64,000 bases of DNA, from positions 140,244,001 through 140,308,000 of the forward strand of contig NC_042997.1 in the NCBI RefSeq assembly GCF_006345805.1, written 5' to 3'. Source of the stretch: Octopus sinensis (lineage: Eukaryota). Shown one piece after another: positions 50,499 through 64,000 of this stretch. A program made the position numbers and the translations under genes. The notes below the pieces were generated by a model. The model saw only the letters and a program-made list of their open reading frames with translations. It searched no databases and was not told the origin of the DNA. Each line of letters opens with the position of its first letter. Position 1 is the first letter of the stretch.

Positions 50499-53400
50499 GA
50501 TATATATATATACACACACACACATACGCGGATACATACATATGTACATTTTGACCTGGTCTTCTGTTATACAACTAGTTATACAGAAATATGATCCTCT
50601 TTCACACATTATCATTTTAGTCATTACATGTTAGTTTTATTAGCTGACTTTTCTTATTTGTCACTGTCTGTCATTGTTCCTTTCTCTCTCTTCTACTCTG
50701 CTTTCTCTTTTTTCCACCTCTCTTTCTTTCTAGCTATCTATCTATCTTTAACCAGCTGTCTCTCTTTTTCTCAAATGTTTCATGTTCAATTTATTCAGAT
50801 TATGAGTATTCTATCACTAAACTGAAGCGTTGCCATGCTAATAATTAAGTCTGCTGTGCTGCCATGGTTACTTATCACTAAGGTATCAAAATTAAATGGG
50901 AAATAACGAAGATAATGATTTCTCACCATGGGGAAAAGCTGCAAATGTGTAGAGATTAGTGAAAGCCTTCCGAGTATTGACCCCAGAGGGGTGAGAAATG
51001 CATTTAACATCAGTGGAATTTGAGCTCATTAAAACAGATTATTGCTAATAGTAATTACTCTTGACATGTGACTGATTCTTAAAAAATCTTTTTCTTATTT
51101 CTTTACTGCCCACAAGGGGCTAAACATAGAGGGGACAAACAAGGACAGACATACGGATTAAGTCGATTACATGAACCCCAGTGCGTAACTGGTACTTAAT
51201 TTATCGGCCCCCGATAGGATGAAAGGCAAAGTTGACCTCGGCGGAGTTTGAACTCAGAACGTAACGGAAGATGAAATACCGCTAAGCATTTCGCCTGTCA
51301 CATTAATGTTTCAGTTAGCTCGCTGCCTTTAAAAAAATCTTTTTCTGACAAAAAGAGGATATTATTAATACCTTTTCTGTAGACTCTTGAAGAATGGTAG
51401 AAAAAGTTAATTCTGGAATGGTTTGAATTCAGAAACAGTACAGTGCCATTTTACACATTCAAAAGCGTCTAACTGCTTACTGAAACAGAATCGACCAGCT
51501 TCTTACTTATTAATGCTTACTGTTTGGCGAAAGCCTACATATTTAAAAATGAGGAGTATAGTCTCTTCAATCAATTCACAGCACCATATTTGATGGCATA
51601 GAAGATACATGGACATATTAGTTATGCTATAATTTCAGCAGTGCATACTCAAGAAAGTATGTAATATATACTCTTTTACTCGTTTCAGTCATTTGACTGT
51701 GGCCATGCTGGAGCACTGCCTTTATTCGAGTAGATCGACCCCAGGACTTATTCTTTGTAAGCCTAGTACTTATTCTATCAGTCTCTTTTGCTGAACCGCT
51801 AAGTTACGGGGACGTAAGCATACCAGAATTGGTTGTCAAGCAATGTTGGGGGGGGGGGACAAACACAGACACAAATATATAGACACACATATATATATAC
51901 ATATATATATTTATATACACATATATGATGGGCTTCTTTCAGTTTCCGTCTACCAAATCCACTCACAAGGCTTTGGTCGGCCCGAGGCTATAGGTTCCAT
52001 GCAGTGGGACTGAACCCGGAACAATGTGGTTGGTAAGCAAGCTACTTACCACACAGCCACTCCTATGCCCAATTTCGCATATAAGACCAGAATGATATTT
52101 TGAGACTCTTTTCAGCAATAAAGAGCCTTATATGCCTTCAAATATGGTATATAATATGTACCTATTTATGGGCTCTGGAGGAATGGAAAGCAAGTCGACT
52201 TCAGTGGGAAAATGATATTGTATTTTCAGTTCACATCCTTAAGTTGGAAGCACCATCTGGCCACATTTATTCACCTTTCTTAGAATGAGTTTTCCAAGTG
52301 GATTTTCTGACAACTAACAACAATTACATTGGATACATACGCAAGAAAAAAATTGTAATAAAAAAAAAAAAAGAGAATAGATGCCCTGTGGCTAAATAAT
52401 AGCGTTATGAATCTGTGTAGGCAATGCCATAGCTAGAGACAATAGGCAAACCGTAAATATCTCACTCTCTCATGAGCTAAGACTAAAAGCTGACTCAGCT
52501 ATAATTACTCGTGCGTAACCACAGTCCCGGAAGGAGCTACGGAATGACACTAAACTTATCGTCAGAATTTCAGCGATCGACTGCATCACTTCAGAAACCA
52601 TCACCAGCAACAGAAATAAAAATTATCATTGGTAGATTTAAGGTGGCGAGCTGGCAGAATCGTTAGCACGTCGGGCAAAATGCTTAGCGACGTACTCGTC
52701 CTGAGTTCAAATTCCGCTGATGTCGATCTTGCCCTTTATCCTTCTGGAGTCGATAAAATAAGTACCAGTTAAGCACTGGGGTTGATGTAATCGAAACTCC
52801 CACCCATGAACTTGCTGGCCTTGTACCGAAAACTGAAATCAAAATTGGGAATAAATCTATACCCAAGTAATTCAATACTAGTCTTTCGTATGAAAACGAG
52901 ATAATTCCCCATTAATTCCTTACTGGCTACGACTATTAATAAGCTCCAACGTCAACCATTTGATGCAACTGGAAAATATTAGCCATTAGTCCTGTAGTTT
53001 TTTAAGTGAAACAAGAGCAGCTTTTTTCAAGAAGCGGTTCTCATGAGACATGGCTCATCATAAGGCGAGCTGCACAACTAAGAAAATATAAAAAAAAAAA
53101 AAATCAAGCTAAGCTAATTTATTTTTGTTGGTGCGCTATTCAGAAAATTCAGCGGGCCTCAATTTGCTCGTGACCTAACAAGCTGTGAGGAATATATTTG
53201 ATTTTATGTCATTTTAAAAAGACTGTGGTGTTACAATTTGTCATGGTTTCAGACTAAACTGACTACATGTTCATATGTATAATATTGCTTACTCTGTGTG
53301 TATATTTATGTATACGTGTTTAGAGTACTGTTATGTACCTTGTTCTTAAGTGTTTGTATGTATTTTAATAATCTACTAATTAGCTGCGAGTATGCGTTCT

Positions 53401-53891
53401 CCTGACATTGCGTCAATAGCGATTAACTGGTATGGTACTTTCACTATTTCTCTCAGTACTAAATAGGTCGTTTGGTTCAGTGACTCTCAGACAAATATTA
53501 ACTCTCTCATAGAAAAAGAAAAAAAGAAAACTGAAATTCCTTGTCTCCACCCCAACAATAACACAAGTGAAAATTTCCTCCTCTCCTCTTCAATTAATGA
53601 GAAAACAAAATAGAGTTTAATTTTTCTTTCTTCATTATGGAGTCAGACTAGTCTTATTAAACGTGACAATTTGTCCGGTCATTTTTTTATCTTCTCAAGT
53701 ACCGCTATGAGTACCCACCCACTTATAATAATAATTATAGTTTAGTCTGTATATATACAAGGAGCAAAAATACTGAAGATTCAGTATATACCACGTGGTA
53801 AAATTATGAGTTGAAAATAAGTGGAAAAAAATATAAAAAATAAATATTTCTCCCTCCCACCTTTTTTAAAAATATTTTTTCCACATATTTT

Positions 53892-53936
<45 letters not shown>

Positions 53937-54450
53937 CCGTTCAGCGACGTGCAACCAAGAGAATACCCTCCATTAGGCATTTGCCATATTCTGAACGCCT
54001 GACTTCGCTGGGCATGGATACATTGAAAATCCGACGTCTGGCAGCTGACTTGGTAGACACCCATAAAATTATTAACCATCTTACTAACAATAACTCTTAG
54101 CACCTTTTCAAACTCCACCTGTCTAACACCCGTTGACATATTTACAAAGTCAGAAAACAGCACAGCTCCCATGAAATTCGGAGACATTTTTTTACGCTAT
54201 TTGCTGAAGCATGGAACAAACTGCTGGCACCAGTTGTTAGTTGTCGGAGCACTGCATCCTTCAAAACTTCCATACTTCCTGAGATTCGCCAACACTACAC
54301 CTGATTTTCTCCCCTCCATACACACGCAAGCATGTATCTGACTCATACACTGCTCACTACCCAGACATTTGTACATTACTTTATACGCACTTTTGACAAG
54401 TTGAGCATTGCTCAATGCACTTGAGTATTGTATACAATAATTTCATTATA
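53937..54450 (+). mobile_element. 5'-truncated CR1-clade copy related to the 22330-27115 element
   Basis: Homologous to 26660-27029 (QRRATKRIPSIRHLPYSERL...EIRQHYT*) but with a longer 3' UTR; flanked by (TA)n. Confidence 0.9.
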
Positions 54451-56550
54451 TATATATATATAATACAAAACCACATTAAAATGCAAATCAAAACCGAACA
54501 TTAGCGCAGACAGAAAGAGAAAAAGAAGAAAGCATACACTAAGTGCATCAGTTGGTCGAACAACAAGGTTTAACGAAACCCACTGAAGTAGGCCAACACG
54601 CTCGCGGTATTACCTTGAGTAAAACATGCGAGTGTGTTAGAATACTTATATGTACCTACATATGTTGTCGAAGCAGCAGTGCTTCGGTATGTCAGTCTAT
54701 TTAAATTACGTATGCATAAGCTTTTCGAAACTTAATTTATAAATATGCGCGCGCTAGTATGCTCGTAAATGTTCATGTGTCTAAGAATATAAACTCCTCT
54801 TATGTATATATATTGCTCTTTTATTAAAATATAATAACAATGAATGTTTGTGCAGTAATGCAATTGTATGTATAGTTTGGTGGCGAATAAGTGCTTCGTA
54901 AAGTCACTGTGATCGAGATCTAACTACGATCACAGACATTCCAGCAATGACCACACCGCCCTTCGTTTCATCCCCCACTCCGTATACTGGGAATGCAGAA
55001 CCACATAATCTAACGTGTCATTTTTTTTTTCATGAACAATTTGAAGGAGATTTGGCTGCTACTTTCAACAAGCTGAGCGACCACGTGGTCTTTCCCCGTT
55101 GGCTAAGGAGCCACCGAGAGTGATCCATATGGTAGTGGTCAGATTCCAATTTTGTTGTATTCCTAAGTTTTCATCGCTTTACATTATTTCATAGTAAAGT
55201 TTTCATGAATATGGTAATATTTATAATATATTTCTTTACTACCCACAAGGGGCTAAACGCAGAGGGGACAAACAAGGACAGACAAAGGGATTAAGTCGAT
55301 TACATCGACCTCAGTGCGAAACTGGTACCTTATTTATCGACCCCGAAGGGATATTTGTACTACACACACATTCATTGAGCTTCTCATTTGCATCATGATG
55401 AATCAGGTACCGGTAAAAAAGAAAAGAAAGAAAAACAAGCCTTTAAGCACCAGCTTATTTTATTTAATGGTTAACTCAGCTCTTCTGTCTGCAATGTATA
55501 TACATTCACTCCTGCATTTTGATTCTATTTCTATATTCTCCCAACAATAGAACAATACGCATGATCATAATAATTAGTCTATCTTTTCTTAGGTACATTT
55601 ACATGTCACTACTAGTGCGCGTACAGAAATAGGCCTGGTGTCAGCTCTGATTAATTAAGCGAATTTTCGGACCATGCGCGCGCACACATACATCCCGTTT
55701 TATTTTTACTTAGCATCCTGAATTCAAATTTCGCCGAACTCATTTTTGCCTTTCATCTCTTCGGGGCTGATGAAATGAATTATCAGTCAAATACCCGCTA
55801 AAAACTGCTGGCGTGGTGCTTAAATGAGAAAACTTGAATTCTAAAATTTATTCGAATTTCTGTTTTAAACATCGGAAATTTCGGATCATTCATCCATCCT
55901 AACCCGTAAATTTTTTATAGCCCTACATGATATAATCAGTTCTCTCTATAGTGTGATCTAAGGATCGGCTATTTCTAGCCGATCGCGCAACCGCTTAAAG
56001 TTCCTCATTGACTCGTTCCTGTCTATACACACGTCTGTGAATAGAATCTGAAGTACACGCGACATATACACTATTATACACACAAATGAGAAGCAGCTGT
56101 TCGCATCGACACTAGTCTATAATAAATAGCATTTCAACATCTCTCCTTTGTGCTCACGATAACTGAGCCAAGCCTTCGTAACTATGAAGTGAAGCAAAGT
56201 TACCAGAGCGTCGGAACAGAAATTTGTAGTACCGTATTTATTCCGGTTCTCTGCACTTTGAATTTAATTCCTACTGTTAACTTTGCCTTATGTTCTTTTA
56301 GAGTCTAAATAAAGTAAACAGTCAAGCAGAGGAACCGACCCTTCCTCCCACCACCTTTTTTTCTGTCTTTGTTTCGCTTTCTGGAAGAAATCGGCGATGG
56401 ACAGACCAGGAGAAGGACGGGCACCGTCAGGCAATTGCTCAAAGTACGCTGAATGTCATAACAGCAGTCTTGCTTAATACATCAATATTTTGCTCAGGAT
56501 AATTGCTTGTCCAAGGAGAGAAATCATCTTAATGGAAGCACAAAATACAC

Positions 56551-56616
<66 letters not shown>

Positions 56617-57241
56617 CTTTTAATAACAAAATCAACTGTCAGCTAAATTTAAACTTCAGTGGTCGAAAGTTTAAATATTATCAGAGAAAATGTACTCTGA
56701 ATGACAGAAAACTATAAAAACATCTATCTATCTTGTTTCGTTATTGCACACAAGGAGCTAAACATAGAGGAGACAAACAAGGACAGACAAAGGGATTAAG
56801 TCGATTACATCGACCCCAGTGCATAACTGGCACTTAATTTATCGACCCCGAAAGGATGAAAGGCGAAGCCAACCTTGGTGGAATTTGAACTCAGAACATA
56901 ACGGCAGACGAAATACCGCTTATCATTTCGCCCGGCGTGCTAACGTTTCTGCTAGCTTTGCCGATTATTGAAACACAGCTTAATCGGAAATATTGAAAAT
57001 TTAGCACTTAACATATTTTAAGCGGTAGCAGGAAAATTTTAAGTTTATTACTGACTAAACTTGAGTATTATTTACACAGAAATCCAGCAGTGAGTTTAAT
57101 ATATCAATATATTTTAAAGCTGCATACACGTGTATTACATAATACCATGCGTATGAATATGTATATCTATATATGCTTGTATACATGTATATATATATAT
57201 GCAACTTGTGTAAGTATGATTATATATAAAAACACGCTTAC

Positions 57242-57350
57242 CTGTGAGCACGCTGCTGCTACTCGGCTTTTACTATTACAAGTGATAATAACCTAAGAGT
57301 ACAATGATCTTTATGCCACAATTTAGAGTGCATGGTTGTATGACGTGATA
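57242..57350 (-). promoter_or_regulatory. Candidate ASS1 upstream non-coding exon / promoter
   Basis: Strong donor CAG|gtaagc at 57241, CpG-containing exon-like stretch, and a TGACGTGA CRE/ATF-like site at 57341-57348. Inference only. Confidence 0.3.
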
Positions 57351-58192
57351 AATCAAGGGAGGTAACTTTACACTATTTCAGAAACAAAACATTGGATTTA
57401 ATTAAAACTAATAAAGACAGCATCTCGTATGAATTAACAATCCTTTAAACTGTCTGCTAACCTGTATTTGCGTATAAAAATCCTTGTATTATATTGCTCT
57501 GGTTAAGATCAATCTTTGTAATATAGTTTTTGCGTTCGATGATTTAATTTGGGTTAGAATAATAAAGACCTCGGTGCTGCCCTATCTCTATTTCATTATT
57601 CTTTTACTTGTTTCAGTCATTTGATTGTGACCATGCTGGAACACCGCCTTTAGTCGAGCAAATCGACACCAGGACTCATTCTTTGTAAGCCTAGTACTTA
57701 TTCTATCGGTCTCTTTTGCCGAACCGCTAAGTTACGAGGACGTAAACACACCAGCATCGGTTATCAAGCGATGTTAGGGGGACAAACACAGACACACAAA
57801 CACATATATATATACATATATACGACGGGATTCTTTCAGTTTCCGTCTACCAAATCCACTCACAAGGCTTTGGTTGGCCCGAGGCTATAGTAGAAGACAC
57901 TTGCCCAAGTTGCCACGCAGTGGGACTGAACTCGGAACCATGTGGTTGGTAAGCAAGCTACTTACCACACAGCCACTCCAACGCCTATATAAATTATAAA
58001 TCTTTTACTTTTTTTTTAGTCATAGGACTGGAGCACCGCTCTGGGGAATCGATCATGGTAGTTATTTAACTCTGGTGCTTATTCTATCGACTACATTTTC
58101 GAACCGCAACGTTACAGTGGCGTAAACAAATCAACACTGATTGTCAAGCAGTGACACACACTCATACTATATATATATATATATACCTGACG

Positions 58193-58236
<44 letters not shown>

Positions 58237-58851
58237 AACGAATTTCCACACAGTTTCCGTTTATCAAATTTATTCTCAGAACACTGGTCGGTGTGGGGTT
58301 TTAGTGGAAGATACTTCCCCAATGTGTCGCGCAGTGGAATTGAACACGAGACCATGTGATTGCAAAACGTGCCTCTTAACGACACAGCCAGCATGTCATA
58401 AAAAAACAAAGAAAAAATCTGTAGGAGTAGGCAATTTCTTATTTCTCGTTATTTTCTCCCTAGCTGTTTGAAAGCATTACATGGCAAGTATTGCATCAGC
58501 ATTCTATACTGTTGCATCAGCTGTAGCAGTAAAAAACTGGCCAGCATAGTTGCTGTTGTTGAAGTTGAAAGAGTTTGAAAACATAGGTGGCTCTCATTCA
58601 CGCTTATACTTGCTTCAGTCATTTGACTGCGGCCATGCTTTGAGCATCGCATTTAGTGGAACAAATCGACCTCGGGCCTTATTCTTTGTAAGCCTAGCAC
58701 TTATTCTATCGGTTCCTTTTGCCGAACCGCTACGTTACGAGGACGTAAGCACACCAGAATCTGTTGTCAAGCGACGGTGGGGGGGGGGGCAAATACAGAC
58801 ACACAAACATATATACACACACACACACACACAGGGGCGGCTTTTAAGCTA

Positions 58852-58891
<40 letters not shown>

Positions 58892-59210
58892 TATATTATA
58901 TATATATAAATATTTATATATTATGTATATAAATATTAATATATTATATATATAAATATTTATATATTATATAAATAAATATTAATATATTATATAAATA
59001 AATATTTATATATTATATAAATAAATATTTATATATTATATAAATAAATATTTATATATTATATCAATAAATATTTATATATTATATCAATAAATATTTA
59101 TATATTATATAAATGAATATTTATATATATTATATGGAAAGCGGACGCTAAATGATGAAAAAAAAATGAAATGAATGAAAATATATATATATATATATAT
59201 AATATATATA

Positions 59211-59254
<44 letters not shown>

Positions 59255-59275
59255 TATATATATATTTATATATAA
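58852..59275. repeat. AT-only block: (TA)n plus ~23-bp atatattatataaataaatattt minisatellite
   Basis: Direct reading. Contains a ~25-nt RTE tail fragment at 59134-59158. Confidence 0.92.
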
Positions 59276-59765
59276 ATAGATGTGTGTATTTTTCCACGGA
59301 AAAAATATATAAATTGTTACCAGACTAGCAAAAAATCACGCAAGTAAAAAGGTTGCAACTCCGTGTTTTTAAAGGTAGAAACTTCGGGTTTACGTGAAAT
59401 ATTTTGTATAATATATATAAATAAATAAATGGAGTTAAACACCTAGCCCTATAGCATCATAATTTTGAAATATCTATAAAACCGCCAAAAGCTTGTTTAT
59501 TTTCATGTTATATATATATATATATGAGGAAGTATAACTCCAAACTTACAGGGAAAAATTTAATTTAGTATTAAATCAAATATGAAACTTAAAACATTAG
59601 GATTATTCACTACAACACATTTATTATGTTAAATATTTAATTTTTAAGGTAAAAAAAATGTGTGAAGATATAATTTGGCTTAAAAAGACATAAACTATCG
59701 AATATCTTTAACTCAGTTATACTCCAATATTTAATTACCAAATTATTTAACAAAAATAATCACTA

Positions 59766-59818
<53 letters not shown>

Positions 59819-60644
59819 TGTTGCGGTTTGCTACCAGGTTTCTCTTATGTTATATATTATAGCGAATATTTTCTATTTAGTTTGTTTACTGTTAATGCAA
59901 CGCTACTTATGTTTCCTATTTGGAAATAGATAAAATTATTTAGCTTTTAAAGTAGGAATATATAATGATAAAACCGCCACTTATAACTTACTTAAGTGTT
60001 ATCATTATACTTAAGTCCTAACTACAGCTATATAAACGCCATTGAGAAATATACTTTCTGGAACGCTAACGAACATTAGCGTGAATGCATGTTGAATATC
60101 ATTTTGTGTTCTTTTAACCGCTATAAAAAAATACAGTTTAATAATTACAGAAATACATAATATATATAGTTGAAGAACGTGAAGAAAAAGAAAACATTTT
60201 CTACATTAATTTTTATTATATACATATAGCATTTTTATATTATATACATTTTGAAGAAAAGTAAATTTTGTCGTAGAGAATTATGACTATATATCTTAAC
60301 TATCTAATTTCTCATTCTAGCTATATTAAATCTCAACAATTCAAACAAGACTTGTTGGATTTTTCTTGGACATGGCATAAAAAAAATAACCAATGTCTCA
60401 AAGAAGTGAGTGTCGTGGAGTTTAGTCACATCCAACAAACACTGAATTTTTTCCCAAAATCCAGGGTTTTTATAACTGCTCAACTTGACTTTAAAGAATC
60501 AAAATCACATACAAATATTCTTTAACTAATTCTTAGAATTCCTATATGAGCAGTTATTTAAACAATGGAAAATCGACAATCCTATTTCTTCGGCAATACG
60601 ACATTACATCATATTGCCTTCTACCACATTTAAAAATGGCTACA

Positions 60645-61010
60645 CGCTACAATATAAACGCAAAATGTCTGTCTGTGTGTGTGTGCCCTTTATACAAATC
60701 CACAATTTTTCAGTTAGAGGGCTTGCACTTTCTATGGTCATTCAAAACCGTCCAAGGGTTGTCGTGCACATCTTTACATTTCCCCAGTCACCTCGCAAAG
60801 CCATTAAAAAATCAATAGAAGTGACTTTTTTGTGAATTTTCTATCCAAAACCCAATCAAAATGCCCGAAACTTGATACGCCAATTGAATGCCAGCTAGCT
60901 GTATGTGATTAATCGGAGATTTGGACAGTACTCGCGTGTATGTGTGCACGCACGCAGCTGTATATGCATGCACTAGTACTATGACCCGGCATTTCCGGGT
61001 CATAGTGCTA
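60645..61010 (+). mobile_element. Non-autonomous Helitron-like element
   Basis: 5' tataaacg...tgtctgtctgtgtgtg block; 3' 12-bp hairpin ACTATGACCCGG-cattt-CCGGGTCATAGT followed by gCTAAT (CTAG-like terminus). Confidence 0.7.
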
Positions 61011-61048
61011 ATATATATATATATATGTGTGTATGTGTGTGTGTATAT

Positions 61049-61123
<75 letters not shown>

Positions 61124-61136
61124 TATATATATATAT

Positions 61137-61203
<67 letters not shown>
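61011..61203. repeat. Long (TA)n / (TG)n microsatellite
   Basis: Direct reading. Confidence 0.97.
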
Positions 61204-61205
<2 letters not shown>

Positions 61206-61209
61206 CAGA

Positions 61210-64000
61210 TAAGAAATTTTGTCTTTTCAACCTCGTTCATGTACTCCTGTTTCTGCGTAGATCATAAACCCCCACCCGTTCATTCTTTATTATCTATCTA
61301 TTTCTTTACCATGTAAACATAGTTCCGATAGCTTCGTCTTCCTAGTTTGTCTGAAGGTCATGCATATACGTTAATCGTCACATTTTATTTTATTCAAGTT
61401 CATCATTTCGATAATTCATTCTCTCTAAATTTGTCTAACCATAGTATACAAGTGCAGAAGATGCTCTCGTCTGAACTTGCTGGCTCGCGGTACGCCCGCC
61501 CTACTACCCCCTCCACTTTTACCGGAAGTTCTTATTCTCTGTCATCCTTGGGTGTCTTCCGCGAACACTTCTAAAGGCCTAACGCCATCTCCACCCCTAC
61601 CCAGGGTTTATCGATTATATAGCGCATAAAATTGGTGTAGTGTATGCAGGTTGTAAGCTATTGTTTGTTTAAGAATTCTGACAAATGCAAGCTTTCTTTT
61701 CGGGTACATGACACTGCTGTCCCTCATCCCAGGGTCTCACAGACCCACACCTCCCACACCCTCAGAGTTGGCACACTCAACGTCAACACACTGAAAGGTA
61801 GGTCTGGTGAGATTGTTGAGATGCTTGGACGGAGACGTGTAGATTTGTGCTGCATCCAAGAAGTAAGGTGGAGAGAAGGTTCCGCTAGGTTCCTCACAGG
61901 CAAAGAACACAGGTAGAAGATTTTCTAGGCAGGGAGAACTGACGGGATCGGGGGCGTGGGTATACTTCTTGCGGAGAAATGGGTTGATAAGGTAATCGAG
62001 GTAGTCAGAGTATGTGACAGAGTACTTTAGATTAGTGTTTCACCATAGGTTAGCTACCATTATCTCGGCCTATGCCCCTCAACCAGGGCTACCGGATGAG
62101 CAGAAAGACCGATTTTATGACACCCTATAGCAGACTACCTCGTTGACGAATGACAGGGACCTTCTCTTTGTGGCTGGTGATTTCAATGGACATGTTGGAC
62201 AACATGCAAGAGGCTTCCATGGCGTACATGGAGGCTATGGTTTTGGTTCCCGCAATGAAGAAGGAACCAGACTGCTGGAGTTCTGCGATGCAAATGATCA
62301 TATGGTTTGCAATACCAACTTCAGGAAACCCACCAGTCACCTAGTCACCTACCGTTCTGGCAGATACATTAGCCAAATTGACTACATGCTCGCCAGAAAA
62401 AGGGAAAGATGGCTGCTTATAAATGCCAAAACCTTCCCAGGCGAAGAATGTACACTTCAACATAGATTAGTAGTTAGCGACTTCGGGATCAAGGCTAAAT
62501 GGATGCCCAGAAGAAGACCAGCATGGAGGAAAAGGGTCTGGAAGCTTAAAGATCCTGCAAATGGATAGAGATTTAGAGACGTATTACTCGAAGCCTTTGA
62601 CGAAATTTAAGGGGATATAGCATCACATAATGTGGAAGACAACTGGAGGTTTCTATGGGACAACCTGCTGAGAGCCACTGACCAGATCTGTGGATGATGC
62701 AAAGTCCCCTCTCGACCTAAGGTAACGTGGTGGTGGAACAATGTGGTTGACAGAACTATAAGACAAAAGAAACAGGCTTGGAAGGACTGAAAGAACGGAG
62801 GTAGCAGGGAATTGTATCAGACTGCCAGAAGGGAAGATAGGAGACAGGTTTATTTAGCCAGAGGGGAAGCAGATAAGAAAAAAATTGCCAATGTTCTGCG
62901 CCGTGAGGACCAAAGACTTGAAGTATTTCGTGTTGCAAGACAGTGTGTGAGAGAGAATCGTGATGTCGTAGGAGAGAAATGTGTCTGCATGGATGATGGT
63001 TCACTTGCACTAAACGAGACTGCAAAGAGAGAGGTTTGGAAAGGTTGCTCAATAAAGATAATGAATGGGAGAAAGAGAGTCTGCCGAATGTTGACCCAAC
63101 AGAGGGATCAGCTATCCGAATTGACAGTACCTTGGTAGATAAAGCAATCAAGAGTATGAAGACAGGGAAATCCCCCGGCCCATCAGGAATCACTGCAGAG
63201 ATGCTAAAAATATCTGGCAGTGTCGGCTATAGCCTAGTCACCCGTATAGTTAACCAGGTGATACACGAAGGAGTCATACCCAATGACTGGTGTAGCAGCA
63301 TCATAGTCAACTGCTACAAAGATAAAGGTGACGCTTTAGATACAAATAATTACAGAGGTATCAAGTTGTTGGATCAGGTAATGAAGGTCACGGAGAGGGT
63401 CATAGCCCGACTAATTAGGGAGAGAGTCAGTTTAGATGAGATGCAGTTTGGTTCCGTGCCAGGGAAAAACACCACTGATGCTGGTAAGACAGCCGCAGGA
63501 GAAATACCTAGCTAAAGATAAACCTCTGTACCTGGCTTTCGCTGACATGGAGAAAACCTTTGATAGGGTCCCCCGATCCCTTCTCTGGTGGTCAATGAGG
63601 AAACTAGGGATAGACGAATGGTTAGTGAGAGCTGTGCGAGCCATGTACAGGGACGCCGTCAGTAAGGTGAGGGTACGCAACGAGTACAGTGAAGAATTCC
63701 GGGTAGAGGTTGGGGCCCACCAAGATTCCATGTTCAGCCCCCTCCTATTTATCATAGTCCTCCAGGCAATAACAGAGGAATTCAAGACAGGATGCCCCTG
63801 GGAGCTCCTCTATGCTGATGACATTGCTTTAATTTGAGTCACTATCAGAACTAGAAGAGAAGTTTCAGGTGTGGAAGCAAGGATTAGAATCAAAGGGCCT
63901 TAGAGTCAACCTAACTAAAACCAAAGTCCTAATAAGTAGGAAGGAAGACAAACCACAAACCCCTTCAGGTAGGTGGCCCTGCTCGATCTGTAGAAAAGGC
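61210..64000 (+). mobile_element. Degenerate RTE LINE retaining its 5' end and APE domain, running off the window
   Basis: LRVGTLNV, CCIQEVRW, AGDFNGHVG, QIDYML, QHRLVV (APE); NYRGIKLL, LLYADD (RT); PHD finger begins at ~63978; many stops and frameshifts. Confidence 0.93.

Noticed and set aside
58488-58521. Tandem ATTGCATCA / GTTGCATCA amino-acid-response-like elements upstream of ASS1
   Set aside because: Similar 8-9-mers occur elsewhere in the window (e.g. ~32042, 45013, 52960), consistent with chance in AT-rich DNA; no independent support.
60921-61316. YI-repeat ORFs (also at 5375-5702, 12147-12623, 16691-17154, 33287-33589, 53891-54187, 58141-58471)
   Set aside because: Translations of (TA)n tracts.

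Overview
AT-rich, microsatellite- and retroelement-dense animal genomic DNA. The SINE/RTE repertoire and (TA)n load suggest a coleoid cephalopod, probably Octopus (inference). Two intron-containing genes lie on the minus strand. One is a complete 14-coding-exon argininosuccinate synthase (ASS1; CDS 46243->20010, 1260 nt, 419 aa; every exon junction checked by hand for GT-AG and phase). The other is a promethin/LDAF1 (TMEM159)-like gene (3792->137). ASS1 intron 12 holds an apparently full-length, young CR1-clade LINE in antisense orientation. Its ORF1 (PHD-like finger plus polyQ) ends on a canonical G GGA AAC -1 slippery heptamer overlapping an AUG-less ORF2. Three large RTE-clade LINE copies carry a C4HC3 PHD finger inside the reverse transcriptase region. 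Also present: a U6 snRNA pseudogene fused to a SINE head, two degenerate Penelope-type minimal hammerhead-like motifs, mariner, hAT and Helitron fossils, and several SINE families. Repeat boundaries are approximate and were set by eye.
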